A stretch of 64,000 nt of DNA from a bacterium (GCA_030583725.1 CP129472.1:334958-398957); one strand, 5' to 3'; shown: positions 49,742-60,041, numbered from the stretch's first letter. The notes: generated by a model not told the origin, from the letters alone. Numbers and translations: made by a program.

Positions 49742-52417
49742 ATGTCACAGCTATTTAAATCAATTTACTTTCCAAATTACAGCGATCAAGATTCTAAGTC
49801 ATTTACTCTAGCTTTTTCAGAGAAGGACTTAGATTTATACGATATTCTAAAAAATATCTCTAGCCTTGAGATTAGAAGTTTGCTATCCGCTCAAACACTC
49901 AAAGATCTGACTGACAAAGCAGATCAAGAGCATTTGGCACTAAACACCTACTGTCTTTGGAAACTACGTAAAAACTTTTCGCAAAGCCACACTAATGAGG
50001 AAGGGGTTAATGGCCAGTTACCATTATTGAAAATTGACCCCATTCATGTAACCTTCGAAGGTGGCAAGAAGCTTCCATTACAATCTTGGTTTCCCTACCT
50101 CGAGGGATATTCTCCAGATTTTGTTACTCACATAATTAACAACTATTTGAATAAAAATACCAGAACAATTTATGATCCGTTTTCTGGGTCAGGAACTACC
50201 CCACTAGTAACTTCTACTTTGAAGTACACATCTTATTATTCAGAGGTAAATCCGTTACTGCAATTTTTATCTCAAACAAAGTTTAAGGCTAGAAATATCG
50301 TAAATAAAGAGAAGACAATTGAAATACTAAACGAGATAAAATCTAATCTTAAAAAGAATATTATCAAACAAGCCGAAGATGAAGTATTAAGGAAAGCATA
50401 TCAAGACACTTTTGGAAGCAGTAAATTCTTTAACGATGAAGTATTTTCATACATACTTAAAACAAAGACTTATTTGAATGGTTTATCTAAGTCTGAAAAT
50501 TTAATATCTGACCTAGTTTGTACTGCCGTATTGGGGAGTTTGATAAAAGTTTCACTATTAAAACGACAAGGTGATCTGAGATTCAAAAATCAAAGTGAGC
50601 TCTTAAAGGCTAAAAAATCTGAATATTTTGAGACTCTAGAACAATGTCTTCAAAATATAATCGACGATCTTAAAGTGATAAAAAAAGCCTCCGAACCCAT
50701 ATTTCTAACTGACGACGCTCGAAAGTTAAAGGATTTGGAATCAGTTGGAATCGATGCTGTCATCACAAGCCCACCATATTTAAATGGAACAAACTATTTT
50801 AGAAACACAAAAGTTGAGCTTTGGTTTTTGGGAAATTTGAAAACTCCAAAGGATCTAAATGAATTCCGAAGACAGGCGGTGACGGCTGGTATTAACGATG
50901 TTTCTTTCAAAGAAGAAAAACTTATCGAGAACAAACAACTTAATGATTTACTAGAAATCATGAGAAAAAATGCTTATGACAAGAGAATTCCGAAGATGGT
51001 TCATGATTATTTTGCTGATATGAAGATTATCTTTGAAGGACTACAAAGACACTTAAATGATAATGCAGTGTTGGCAATTGATTTGGGTGACTCGATTTAT
51101 AGTGATGTTCATGTAAAAACTGATGAAATATTAATTTCCATATTGACTAATATTGGATATAAATTCGAAAAAAATGTTGTTTTGCGCAGAAGAATATCTA
51201 AAAGTGGTGCTGAATTACGACAGGTATTGCTAATCTTTAGATACTCGAAACCAAAGAAGGACAGCCTAGTTCCATTGGACCAAGCGTATGCTTGGCAAAA
51301 TTCATGGAATGATTTTAAGAAAGACCTGCCCCATCAAAAAGTTCCTTTCTCTAAGAGAAATTGGGGTGATCCTATGCACTCACTCTGTTCATATCAAGGA
51401 AAGCTAAAGCCATCCATAGCAAATATGTTGGTATCGATATTTGTCCCTCCAAATGGATCGGTATTAGATATTTTTGCAGGAGTTGGCACTATTCCATTAG
51501 AAGCTGCGCTACAAGGCAAAAAATCTTTTGGATTCGATATTAGTAACCCAGCAATTGCAATTTCTCGAGCAAAGTTGACATTGCCATCAAAAGAAAGAAC
51601 TTATGAAATAATCTCAGATCTAGAAAGCCACATCCGAAATGAAAGTGTTGATGAAATGATCCATGAAAAAGCGGAAAGGTTTGGATTTAATAAAAAATTA
51701 GTAGATTATTTTCATAAAGATACTCTAAATGAGATTTTAGTATCGAGAGAGTATTTTAGAAAAAACGGGTTCGATACTCCAGAGAAATCTATTGTTCTTG
51801 CATCCATTCTTCACATATTACATGGCAACAGACCATATGCCCTCAGTAGAAGGTCTCATGGGATTACTCCATTTGCACCAACTGGAGAATTTGAGTACAA
51901 AAATTTAATTACAAAACTAAAAGAAAAAATTGATCGTTCATTTAAACACTTTGATAGGACCAATTTTGCAAAAGGTAAAATGTACTTTCAAAACTCTTTG
52001 AAGCCTTGGCCAGAAGAAGTTAAAAACTTAGATTCGATAATAACAAGCCCTCCTTTTTTTGATAGCACAAGATTTTATGTATCAAACTGGATGAGACTTT
52101 GGTTCGCAGGATGGGATGAGGAAAACTTTAAAACAGATTCTGTTGACTTTATAGAGGAATTACAGAAAAAGGATTTCTCTGTATATAACTCAATATTTAG
52201 TCAAGCAAAGGAGAGACTCAAAAAAAATGGAACGCTTGTGATGCATCTCGGAAAAAGCAAGAAGTGTGACATGGCAACCGTTTTATCTGAAAAAGCTAAA
52301 CCATGGTTTGATACTGCAGATATCTTTGAGGAGAGTGTTAGAAAAGGTGAGTCACATGGTGTTACTGACAAAGGAACGGTTGTTGATCACCAATATCTTG
52401 TTCTTATTCCAAACTAA
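49742..52417 (+). CDS. tandem double DNA methyltransferase (two alpha-class N6A/N4C MTase domains, M.FokI-like architecture)
   Basis: Domain 1 has motif X-I (WFPY...IYDPFSGSGTT) and motif IV (ITSPPYLNG). Domain 2 has HSLCSYQGKLKP...VLDIFAGVGT and IITSPPFFDS. Confidence 0.7.
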   Translation: MSQLFKSIYFPNYSDQDSKSFTLAFSEKDLDLYDILKNISSLEIRSLLSAQTLKDLTDKADQEHLALNTYCLWKLRKNFSQSHTNEEGVNGQLPLLKIDPIHVTFEGGKKLPLQSWFPYLEGYSPDFVTHIINNYLNKNTRTIYDPFSGSGTTPLVTSTLKYTSYYSEVNPLLQFLSQTKFKARNIVNKEKTIEILNEIKSNLKKNIIKQAEDEVLRKAYQDTFGSSKFFNDEVFSYILKTKTYLNGLSKSENLISDLVCTAVLGSLIKVSLLKRQGDLRFKNQSELLKAKKSEYFETLEQCLQNIIDDLKVIKKASEPIFLTDDARKLKDLESVGIDAVITSPPYLNGTNYFRNTKVELWFLGNLKTPKDLNEFRRQAVTAGINDVSFKEEKLIENKQLNDLLEIMRKNAYDKRIPKMVHDYFADMKIIFEGLQRHLNDNAVLAIDLGDSIYSDVHVKTDEILISILTNIGYKFEKNVVLRRRISKSGAELRQVLLIFRYSKPKKDSLVPLDQAYAWQNSWNDFKKDLPHQKVPFSKRNWGDPMHSLCSYQGKLKPSIANMLVSIFVPPNGSVLDIFAGVGTIPLEAALQGKKSFGFDISNPAIAISRAKLTLPSKERTYEIISDLESHIRNESVDEMIHEKAERFGFNKKLVDYFHKDTLNEILVSREYFRKNGFDTPEKSIVLASILHILHGNRPYALSRRSHGITPFAPTGEFEYKNLITKLKEKIDRSFKHFDRTNFAKGKMYFQNSLKPWPEEVKNLDSIITSPPFFDSTRFYVSNWMRLWFAGWDEENFKTDSVDFIEELQKKDFSVYNSIFSQAKERLKKNGTLVMHLGKSKKCDMATVLSEKAKPWFDTADIFEESVRKGESHGVTDKGTVVDHQYLVLIPN

Positions 52418-53015
52418 TTGAACTAGGAAACTTACCAGTTTTTTTTCTATAAATGGAGATCAAGTCGATATTTGTTGTAGTAAGAACTTTATTCAGAGCT
52501 TTAAAAATGAGATCTGCAACTTTTTTGCCTTTCTTAATCTTTTGGTAGTCATTTCTTGATAAAAAGTCTTCGAAAACCCACTCAACGTTTTCTTTAAGGA
52601 GACCAGAAACTGACTCATTCACTGTTCTTTCTTTGCTCGAAATAACTTCATAGGGAATCCCAGTTAATTTTGAAAGAATCATTAACTTGTTTTTGTCGTA
52701 AAGTTTAAATTCACTGGGAAAAAGATCGTGTTTCAAAGAGTTACAACTCTTACATAAAGCTGTAGCCGTGGCATCCAAGGGCCAAAGATAGACAAGTGGA
52801 AGTGTGTGATCGATATCCATATCGGTAATTTTTTCTAGCTTCTTGCCACAACCAAAACAAGATTTCGAAAAGTTATTCCAAATATAGTCCTGAAATTCTA
52901 TCCCATTCGCACTACGAAACGTCTTTACGACATCTTGTTTGGTAAGCTCGATAATAAGACGTTCGAAAGCCCGCCTTCGCGCACTGTCTTCGTGGTGTTG
53001 AGCTTTATTTCGCAA
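52404..53015 (-). CDS. HNH endonuclease
   Basis: CFGCGKK...DIDHTLPL...CKSCNSLKHD is an HNH/zinc motif. It converges on the double MTase with a 14-nt overlap. Confidence 0.65.
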   Translation of the reverse strand: MRNKAQHHEDSARRRAFERLIIELTKQDVVKTFRSANGIEFQDYIWNNFSKSCFGCGKKLEKITDMDIDHTLPLVYLWPLDATATALCKSCNSLKHDLFPSEFKLYDKNKLMILSKLTGIPYEVISSKERTVNESVSGLLKENVEWVFEDFLSRNDYQKIKKGKKVADLIFKALNKVLTTTNIDLISIYRKKTGKFPSSISLE

Positions 53016-53163
53016 AGGATTTAGCGGTGAATTAACTTCAAACTTCTTACAGGTTCGACATTCTAATTGAAACCCGAAGTTTGTCTTTAAATATTTCTTT
53101 TCACCAGCTTCAATGACGGCCTGTCTTAATTTTTTTGGACAGTTCCGGATACTTTCGGGATTT

Positions 53164-53910
53164 TCAATAAATATATCTACTGAAAGCGTTATGAACGCAG
53201 GGTGCCTTTTTCTTACAATGATTGCTAAATCCTAAAGAATTTGACTCATTTTCAACATCAATTGGAAGGAACCTGGCACATCTGTTGCACGATTTACTCA
53301 CAATATATCCAGGCTCAATTTGCTCAGGATCTTTAACATCAAAGTCAAATTCACAAGAATCGAGATAGTAAATATCCGGTTTATATAAATCTGTCTTTTC
53401 ATAGAAAGCATTAAAGTAATTCGATTTTTCAGCATAGAATTTGACTACATCTGCATACAGCTCATATATTTCCAATTGGAAGTTGGGTGTGGCTGACACG
53501 ATTTTCAGAGAAACTGAGACACTGTAAGTTTTGGCACCATCTTCTACTTCTATTTGTAGGTCGTTTCCCACTCTAACCCAATGACTATTAGAGACCTTAT
53601 AGGTTTTCTTGGACTCAGCAATTAAACCGCTCTCATCAGTCAACTCGATCTTTATAGTTAACTCTGAATTTGTACTAATTTTTATGTAACCACCAGCACC
53701 ATAAATTCCTAGGTTCTTATCAAACAATTTAGTGAAGACGACACTAGGATCTTTTTTAGAAAGAGTTATCTGAGAACCATTAATTCTGAAAACTTTAGTT
53801 TGTGATAATAAACATTCACTACCTGTTTTAATACCACCAACATTAAATCCGCTTCTTTGTCTAGTTAGCCTTCTTTTTGGCTGCAAAAATTTAGATAATT
53901 TTATTTCCAT
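53164..53910 (-). CDS. hypothetical protein
   Basis: A 248-codon ORF with a C-terminal Cys/His cluster (CNRCARF...HCKKKAPCVH). Confidence 0.4.
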   Translation of the reverse strand: MEIKLSKFLQPKRRLTRQRSGFNVGGIKTGSECLLSQTKVFRINGSQITLSKKDPSVVFTKLFDKNLGIYGAGGYIKISTNSELTIKIELTDESGLIAESKKTYKVSNSHWVRVGNDLQIEVEDGAKTYSVSVSLKIVSATPNFQLEIYELYADVVKFYAEKSNYFNAFYEKTDLYKPDIYYLDSCEFDFDVKDPEQIEPGYIVSKSCNRCARFLPIDVENESNSLGFSNHCKKKAPCVHNAFSRYIY

Positions 53911-53981
53911 GATGGAATTATATCGGGTATAAGACTATTATGCTATTTTGAACCTAGACTTCCTCAAGAGACAGCGGTACA

Positions 53982-55337
53982 TTGACTACTGAAATGAGTG
54001 CCAAATACAACCAAAATACGACGATAGAACCGCCCAAGATAGAATATTGTCTCTATGCTCGTAAGTCTTCGGAATCCGATGAAAGGCAAGCAATGTCGAT
54101 TGATTCTCAGATTGATGAGATGCTGACTTTAGCTAAACGAGATAATTTAAAAATTAAAGCGATTAAAAAAGAAAGTCATTCTGCAAAAATGTCTGGATCA
54201 AGACCTGTATTTACTGAATTACTTCAAGATTTAAGACAAAAGAAATTTAACGGAATTTTAACTTGGGCTCCTGATAGGCTTTCGAGAAACGCAGGAGACT
54301 TAGGATCTGTAGTTGATTTAATGGATCAAGGAAAATTAGTAAAAATCCAGACATATTCACAAAGTTTTTCAAACAGTCCAAATGAAAAGTTTTTATTAAT
54401 GATTCTCTGCTCTCAAGCAAAGCTTGAAAATGATAACAAAGGATTAAACGTTCAAAGAGGGTTGAGAACTAAGTGTAGTATGGGGTGGAGACCATCAGTT
54501 GCTCCTCTGGGTTATCTAAATCAAGCAGGAGATGGACATAAAGACGAACTCATCATTATTGACCAAGAACGATCCTCCTTTGTCAAACAGATGTTTGATC
54601 GGATGGCGAACCAAGGTCACAGTGGAAGGGCTATAAAGAACTGGTTAGATAGAATTGGGTTTAAAACTAAAAATGATAAACCACTAGCATTAAGTAGGTT
54701 ATATACAACTCTTAGTAACCCTTTTTATTATGGAGAATTTGAATTTCCAGTTGGAAGTGGAACTTGGTATCAAGGAAAGCATAAACCATTAATCTCAAAG
54801 GAATTGTTTGACAAAGTTCAAATAATGCTTGAAACACCTCCAAAAAGCTATCACAATAAGATCTTTCCGTTTAAAAAGATATTTAGATGTGGTGGTTGTA
54901 ACGGTGGAATAACTGCTGATGACAAACTTAGAAAATTAAAAGGTGGTGGGTATACTAAACATATTTACTATCACTGTGCTAGATCTGTAAATTACGAGTG
55001 TGACGAGCCGTATATTACCGAAAACGATTTAGTAAAACAATTAATTGCAAACATAGATAAAATTAAATTCAACAACTCTGGTATAAATAGAAAAATTCAA
55101 GAAGATATTGAAAGATATCATAGACTAAAAACACAAGTGCTACACCAAGAATTTATAGACGGGTATCTACCAGAATTTAATAGAGTTCCACAAACCACAA
55201 TTGATAAAAACGAAATGACTAAAAACTATCTTTTGCACATATTACAAGTTGGAACTGCTGAAGAAAGACAAGAAGCATTGAGTTTTATCAAAACTAAATT
55301 TATTCTATCTAAAAGAACTATAACAATAGAAAAATAA
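53982..55337 (+). CDS. large serine recombinase (phage-type serine integrase)
   Basis: A resolvase catalytic domain (YARKSSESDERQAMSIDSQ with the catalytic Ser), a recombinase domain and a zinc ribbon (CGGCNG...HCARS); length 451 aa. Confidence 0.85.
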   Translation: MTTEMSAKYNQNTTIEPPKIEYCLYARKSSESDERQAMSIDSQIDEMLTLAKRDNLKIKAIKKESHSAKMSGSRPVFTELLQDLRQKKFNGILTWAPDRLSRNAGDLGSVVDLMDQGKLVKIQTYSQSFSNSPNEKFLLMILCSQAKLENDNKGLNVQRGLRTKCSMGWRPSVAPLGYLNQAGDGHKDELIIIDQERSSFVKQMFDRMANQGHSGRAIKNWLDRIGFKTKNDKPLALSRLYTTLSNPFYYGEFEFPVGSGTWYQGKHKPLISKELFDKVQIMLETPPKSYHNKIFPFKKIFRCGGCNGGITADDKLRKLKGGGYTKHIYYHCARSVNYECDEPYITENDLVKQLIANIDKIKFNNSGINRKIQEDIERYHRLKTQVLHQEFIDGYLPEFNRVPQTTIDKNEMTKNYLLHILQVGTAEERQEALSFIKTKFILSKRTITIEK

Positions 55338-55512
55338 CTCCAGATTAATATCTGGTGTACTTTTCGTTGTCTAAACTTGGTCTAAAACAAGGCCATTTCT
55401 TCACTATTACAGGATATAAAAGTGTTTTCTGGGCAAGATGATAGAAGATTAGCAAGTGTTGTTGAGCTTTTCTGGCCATGCGAGCAGGTCTGGCTGAACC
55501 TTGCGATATATG

Positions 55513-55586
55513 TGACCCCAGTGAGATTCGAACTCACGATCTCTTGGATGAGAACCAAGTGTCCTAGGCCACTAGACGATGGGGCC
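55513..55586 (-). tRNA. tRNA-Glu (anticodon CUC)
   Basis: Hand-folded cloverleaf on the minus strand. The acceptor stem is GGCCCCA/UGGGGUC, the D-arm is UCUAGUGGCCUAGGA, the anticodon stem CUUGG/CCAAG has loop UUCUCAU, and the T-arm is GUUCGAAUC. No encoded CCA. Confidence 0.8.
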
Positions 55587-55599
55587 TCCTAGAATAGGG

Positions 55600-57969
55600 T
55601 TATTTTACCACAATTGGCCACTTTGTGAGGGAAACTTTTAAAACATCTTCTAATTTTTCTGCAAAGACAAAATTAATATCTTTCTTTACTTTTTCTGGTA
55701 CATCTTCCATATCTTTTTTATTTTCTTTAGGTAAAATTATTGTTTTAAGTCCTGCCCTATGACCTGCAATTGTTTTTTCTTTTACTCCCCCTATTTCCAT
55801 TACATGACCTCTTAGAGATATTTCACCTGTCATACCCGTATCTCTTCTTGTTGGAATCTTAGTTAGAGCTGAAACTAAAGCAGTTGTAATTGATGTTCCT
55901 GCAGATGGTCCATCTTTTGGTACTGCACCTTCTGGAACGTGGATATGAATATCAAGTTTTGAAGAAAAATCTGGCTTTAATCCTAACAACTTATAATTAG
56001 ATCTTGCCCAGGTAAATGCAGCTTGGGCTGATTCTTTCATAACATCTCCCAACTGACCTGTTAAAGTAAGTCTCCCACGTCCAGGCATTAAAGAAACTTC
56101 AATGAAGAGTATTTCTCCACCTACTGAAGTTACTGCAAGACCTGTTGACATCCCCACTTCATTTTTCTTTTCTGCAATTAAAGATGAATATTTGTGAGGA
56201 CCTAAAAACTTTAGTAAATGACTTGAATTAATAGATCTAGGGAATTTTTTCTTTTCTGCTTTTAACCTTGCTAATTTTCTCATAACAGTTGCTATGTTTC
56301 TTTCCAAGTTTCTAACACCCGACTCTCTTGTATACTTTGATACCATTTCTTTTAATGCCTTATCTGTAATTTTTATACTTATATCTTCTAGTCCATGATT
56401 TTTGAGTTGTTTTGGTAATATAAATCTGTTTGCAATCTCAAACTTTTCTTCTTCTGTATAACCTGCAAACTGAATTATTTCCATTCTGTCTTTTAGAGCT
56501 GATGGAATAGTATCTAATATATTTCCTGTGGCTATGAAAAAAACACCTGATAAGTCAAATGGAACTTCCAAATAGTGATCTGAGAATTCCCTGTTTTGTT
56601 CAGGGTCTAAAGCTTCCAATAATGCAGAACTTGGGTCACCCCTAAAGTCTGAGCCAACCTTATCTATTTCATCAAGCATAAAAACAGGGTTTTTAGTCCC
56701 CGCTTGTTTTATACCTTGAATAATTCTTCCTGGAAGTGCACCAACATATGTTCTCCTATGACCCCTGATTTCTGCCTCATCTCTAATTCCTCCGAGTGAA
56801 ATTCTTGCAAATTTTCTACCCATTGCTTCTGCAATTGCACGACCAATTGATGTTTTACCAACTCCTGGGGGACCAATAAAACAAAGAATTGTGGGTTGAT
56901 AGTTTCCTTCTTTACCCTTTTTCTTTTTTTCCTCCAAAAGCTTCATAACTGATAAATATTCCAAAATTCTTTCCTTTGTCTTTTTTAAACCATAGTGCCT
57001 TTTTTCCATTGTTTTACCAGCTTTGGTAATTGATACATTGTTTGGGGATACCACACTCCAAGGTACCTCACACAACCAATCTAGATAATTTCTTAAAAAT
57101 CCAGACTCAGGATTAAAAGAACTCATTTTTGAAAGCTTGGTTAACTCCTTTAAGGCCTTAGTCTCAACATCTTTGGGCATTTTGGCATCAGCAATTTTTT
57201 TCTTGTATTCCTTAATTTCTTCAGAGTCTATTTCTCCCTCTTCTCCACCTTTACCCCCAATTACTCCAAGTTCTTTGTCAATTGCCCTCTTCTTTTCTCT
57301 TAAAATGTTTTTCTTCATTATTTCGTCAAACTGAGCTTGCGTGTTAGTTGAAATAGTCTTTTCAATTTCCAAAACACTAATTTCTCTATTTAAAAGTTCT
57401 TGAACTTTTCTCATTCTTTCAATTAATGGGAATGTAGCTAGGAGTAGTTGTTTTTCAGTGAATTTAATGTCTAATACTGATGCAATTTGGTCAACCATCT
57501 CACTTGGACTTGATGAGTTGGAAATTAATTTTACAACAGACATAACCTCAACTGTTTTACCAAGTGAAAGTGCTTTTTTAAACAAATCAGAAAGTGAATT
57601 TGATAGGGCAACAAATTCTGGAGAGTTATCAAAAATATCAGGTAATTCTTCCACATTTCCTATAACAAATGGGTCTTTTGCAACTATTTCTGATAGTTTT
57701 ACTCTTGCCTGCCCCTTAACTAATGCGTGGGTTCCATCTTCAACAGTCATCAGTTGAGTAATAGTTGCCAAAGTTCCAACTTCATATAAATCTTCTTTTT
57801 CAGGGTTATTTATTCTTGAATCTTTTTGAGTGAAAATAGCAATAAGTCTGTCTTTTTGGAATGCTTCATCAGCTGCCAAAACAGATCCAGACCTTACAAA
57901 TGATAACAAAGTATCAGTATGGGGAAAAACAACAGAGCCTCGTATTGGTACAATTGGTACACTTCTCAT
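55600..57969 (-). CDS. lon: ATP-dependent Lon protease
   Basis: A Lon N-domain, an AAA+ module (GPPGVGKTS, Walker B) and the S16 protease catalytic Ser (PKDGPSAG). Confidence 0.9.
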   Translation of the reverse strand: MRSVPIVPIRGSVVFPHTDTLLSFVRSGSVLAADEAFQKDRLIAIFTQKDSRINNPEKEDLYEVGTLATITQLMTVEDGTHALVKGQARVKLSEIVAKDPFVIGNVEELPDIFDNSPEFVALSNSLSDLFKKALSLGKTVEVMSVVKLISNSSSPSEMVDQIASVLDIKFTEKQLLLATFPLIERMRKVQELLNREISVLEIEKTISTNTQAQFDEIMKKNILREKKRAIDKELGVIGGKGGEEGEIDSEEIKEYKKKIADAKMPKDVETKALKELTKLSKMSSFNPESGFLRNYLDWLCEVPWSVVSPNNVSITKAGKTMEKRHYGLKKTKERILEYLSVMKLLEEKKKKGKEGNYQPTILCFIGPPGVGKTSIGRAIAEAMGRKFARISLGGIRDEAEIRGHRRTYVGALPGRIIQGIKQAGTKNPVFMLDEIDKVGSDFRGDPSSALLEALDPEQNREFSDHYLEVPFDLSGVFFIATGNILDTIPSALKDRMEIIQFAGYTEEEKFEIANRFILPKQLKNHGLEDISIKITDKALKEMVSKYTRESGVRNLERNIATVMRKLARLKAEKKKFPRSINSSHLLKFLGPHKYSSLIAEKKNEVGMSTGLAVTSVGGEILFIEVSLMPGRGRLTLTGQLGDVMKESAQAAFTWARSNYKLLGLKPDFSSKLDIHIHVPEGAVPKDGPSAGTSITTALVSALTKIPTRRDTGMTGEISLRGHVMEIGGVKEKTIAGHRAGLKTIILPKENKKDMEDVPEKVKKDINFVFAEKLEDVLKVSLTKWPIVVK

Positions 57970-58016
57970 TGATTTAGCAGTCTAACAAAGTGTTTGCTAG
58001 ATGTCAATCAGTATTT

Positions 58017-59141
58017 TCACTTTTTTAGTATATAAATCAAACCTGTTTTATCGTCTCCTATATATAGGTTGCCATTTCTATCATATGCCAATCCAGCAGG
58101 GCGTCCCAAGATTTGACCATTGTCTTGTATGAAGCCTGTTACAAAATCTTCCATTCCAGTAATACTATTTGCAAAAGTAGTTAGTTTTACAACTTTATAG
58201 CCAACTGGCTGAGTTGAGTTCCATGAACCATGCAATGCAACTAAAATATTGCCACTACTATCAAAAATAAACCCTAAAGGTGCAGTATGGGCAGGCATTT
58301 CAAAAACAGGAGGTTCTGTCTGTTCACAAGTTATGGTTTTATCTGAATTAAACTTAGTATCCTTAACCCTGTTGCCATAGCAATATGGCCAACCATAGTC
58401 TAATCCTTCTTTTATCAAGTTTACTTCTTCAGGTGGGAGGTTATCTCCTAGATTGTCCCTACCCATATCTGCCCCCCACATATTTCCTTGACTATCAAAA
58501 TCAAAAAAAACAGTATTCCTAAGTCCTCTTGCAAAAACTTTTAAATCAGAACCATCAAGGCTAGAGACTAAAATAGTTGCACTATGTGGGTTTGTTTCAA
58601 GACAGGTATCACAAGAGGAACCAACTGATGTATAGAGCTTGCCGTTATTTATCTTTATAGTCCTAGTAAAATGTCTTCCACCACTAGGGAGTGAAAATAA
58701 AAATTCTTTTTTACCAATTTCTAAATTTTGGGAGTTATATAAATATCTACTTACTCCATCAGTCTCTGCAATGTAGATATAATTTTCATTGAAAGCTATG
58801 CCATGTGGTTTATTTAAACCTGTTAATAATTCTGTAACAGAGTCGTCAGTTAAAGCAAGTATCTTACCTTTTGAAGTAATACTAACAATCAAGTTTCCAT
58901 TTGAATCAAATTCCAAAACTCTTGGCAAATCATTTTTTAAATCTGCAAAAATATCCATACTATAACCACTTGGAATTTTAAATGGAGAAAATGTTTCATT
59001 ACTTAAAGGAAAATGTTGTTTTACTTCTTTTGAAACAGGTATAAATTGAGGTAAAACCTGTGGAAAATACTTACTCACTACAAAATAAGAACCACCAATA
59101 ACACCTAAGATTAAAATCGTCCAAACTAAAAAACTTTTCAT
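58017..59141 (-). CDS. PQQ-dependent glucose/sorbosone dehydrogenase-like beta-propeller protein
   Basis: A signal/TM N-terminus and GSDH-family motifs (HGIAFNENYIY, GRHFTRTI, DYGWPYCYG). Confidence 0.65.
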   Translation of the reverse strand: MKSFLVWTILILGVIGGSYFVVSKYFPQVLPQFIPVSKEVKQHFPLSNETFSPFKIPSGYSMDIFADLKNDLPRVLEFDSNGNLIVSITSKGKILALTDDSVTELLTGLNKPHGIAFNENYIYIAETDGVSRYLYNSQNLEIGKKEFLFSLPSGGRHFTRTIKINNGKLYTSVGSSCDTCLETNPHSATILVSSLDGSDLKVFARGLRNTVFFDFDSQGNMWGADMGRDNLGDNLPPEEVNLIKEGLDYGWPYCYGNRVKDTKFNSDKTITCEQTEPPVFEMPAHTAPLGFIFDSSGNILVALHGSWNSTQPVGYKVVKLTTFANSITGMEDFVTGFIQDNGQILGRPAGLAYDRNGNLYIGDDKTGLIYILKK

Positions 59142-59698
59142 CTACTTTCAAAAATTTTTAAAAATGAATCAATATATTCTGCTCGTCTATTTTGGTATTT
59201 TAGGTAGTAAGCATGTTCCCATAAGTCTAAGCCCAAAACAGGTTTTTTGTTTTGCAATAAGGGTGAGTCTTGATTAGCTGTTGTCATAACTTCAAACGAA
59301 TCTCCATTTTCAACTAGCCAAACCCAACCACTACCAAATAGACTTACTCCCTTTTGTTTGAATTCTTCTTCAAAGGAAGAAAAATTTGAGGGTAATTTTT
59401 TAGTTAAAATCTGCCAAAAAAATGTGTGGTTATAGTGACCTCCTCCAAAATTAGTTACTTTTTGTTTTATTTCACTAGGTAATTCACCAACTTTTGATAA
59501 TAAGTCTTCTATTGTAAGACTTGAGAATTGAGGGTAATCTTTTAATGTTTCATTTAACTTATCAACATAGCCCTGATGATGTTTAGTGTAGTGAATTTCC
59601 ATTGTTTTAGTATCAATAAAAGGTTCAAACTGATCAAATGAAAAATTAAGTTCAGGGAGTTTGTACATAATTAATTGTAACATATCAAAAAAAGGCAT
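59138..59698 (-). CDS. sodA: Fe/Mn superoxide dismutase
   Basis: HYTKHHQGYV and DLWEHAYYL metal-ligand motifs. Confidence 0.85.
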   Translation of the reverse strand: MPFFDMLQLIMYKLPELNFSFDQFEPFIDTKTMEIHYTKHHQGYVDKLNETLKDYPQFSSLTIEDLLSKVGELPSEIKQKVTNFGGGHYNHTFFWQILTKKLPSNFSSFEEEFKQKGVSLFGSGWVWLVENGDSFEVMTTANQDSPLLQNKKPVLGLDLWEHAYYLKYQNRRAEYIDSFLKIFESR

Positions 59699-60041
59699 CG
59701 TTTGGTATAATTACGCTTGATATATTATCTCGTCGGATAACGGTAAACAAGTTTTGGCCGTTATCCGATTTAGGTAGTTGTTGTTTATTATGCCTCGTCG
59801 GCTAACGGTAGGCCAAATGATTCTGGATCATTTTATCTTCGTTCGAATCGAAGCGAGGCAGCCAGGTTACGTACTATCATGAAAAAAGTTGTAAAAACAC
59901 ACTTATTCCGATTCTATTCTGATGTAATTCCTTGTAAGCAGGCCTCTTAAGCAACACGCACAAAAGCTGTCTTGTAAATAAATATTAGTTTCCTTATCTA
60001 TTTTTATAAAGATCTAAATCCTTATCAAGATAGGTCTCTCG

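Larger units (their letters stand above)
40843..55590. mobile_element. putative integrative element / defence island bounded on the right by serine integrase + tRNA-Glu; the left boundary is inferred at the non-coding gap after the 40582..40842 ORF
   Basis: The gene content includes an excisionase-like HTH, a ParB-MTase, a terminase-like HTH, SHOCT, XRE, RM-like genes and an AAA_13 module, with a serine integrase adjacent to a tRNA and housekeeping genes (greA, lon) on both sides. No att repeats were identified. Confidence 0.45.
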
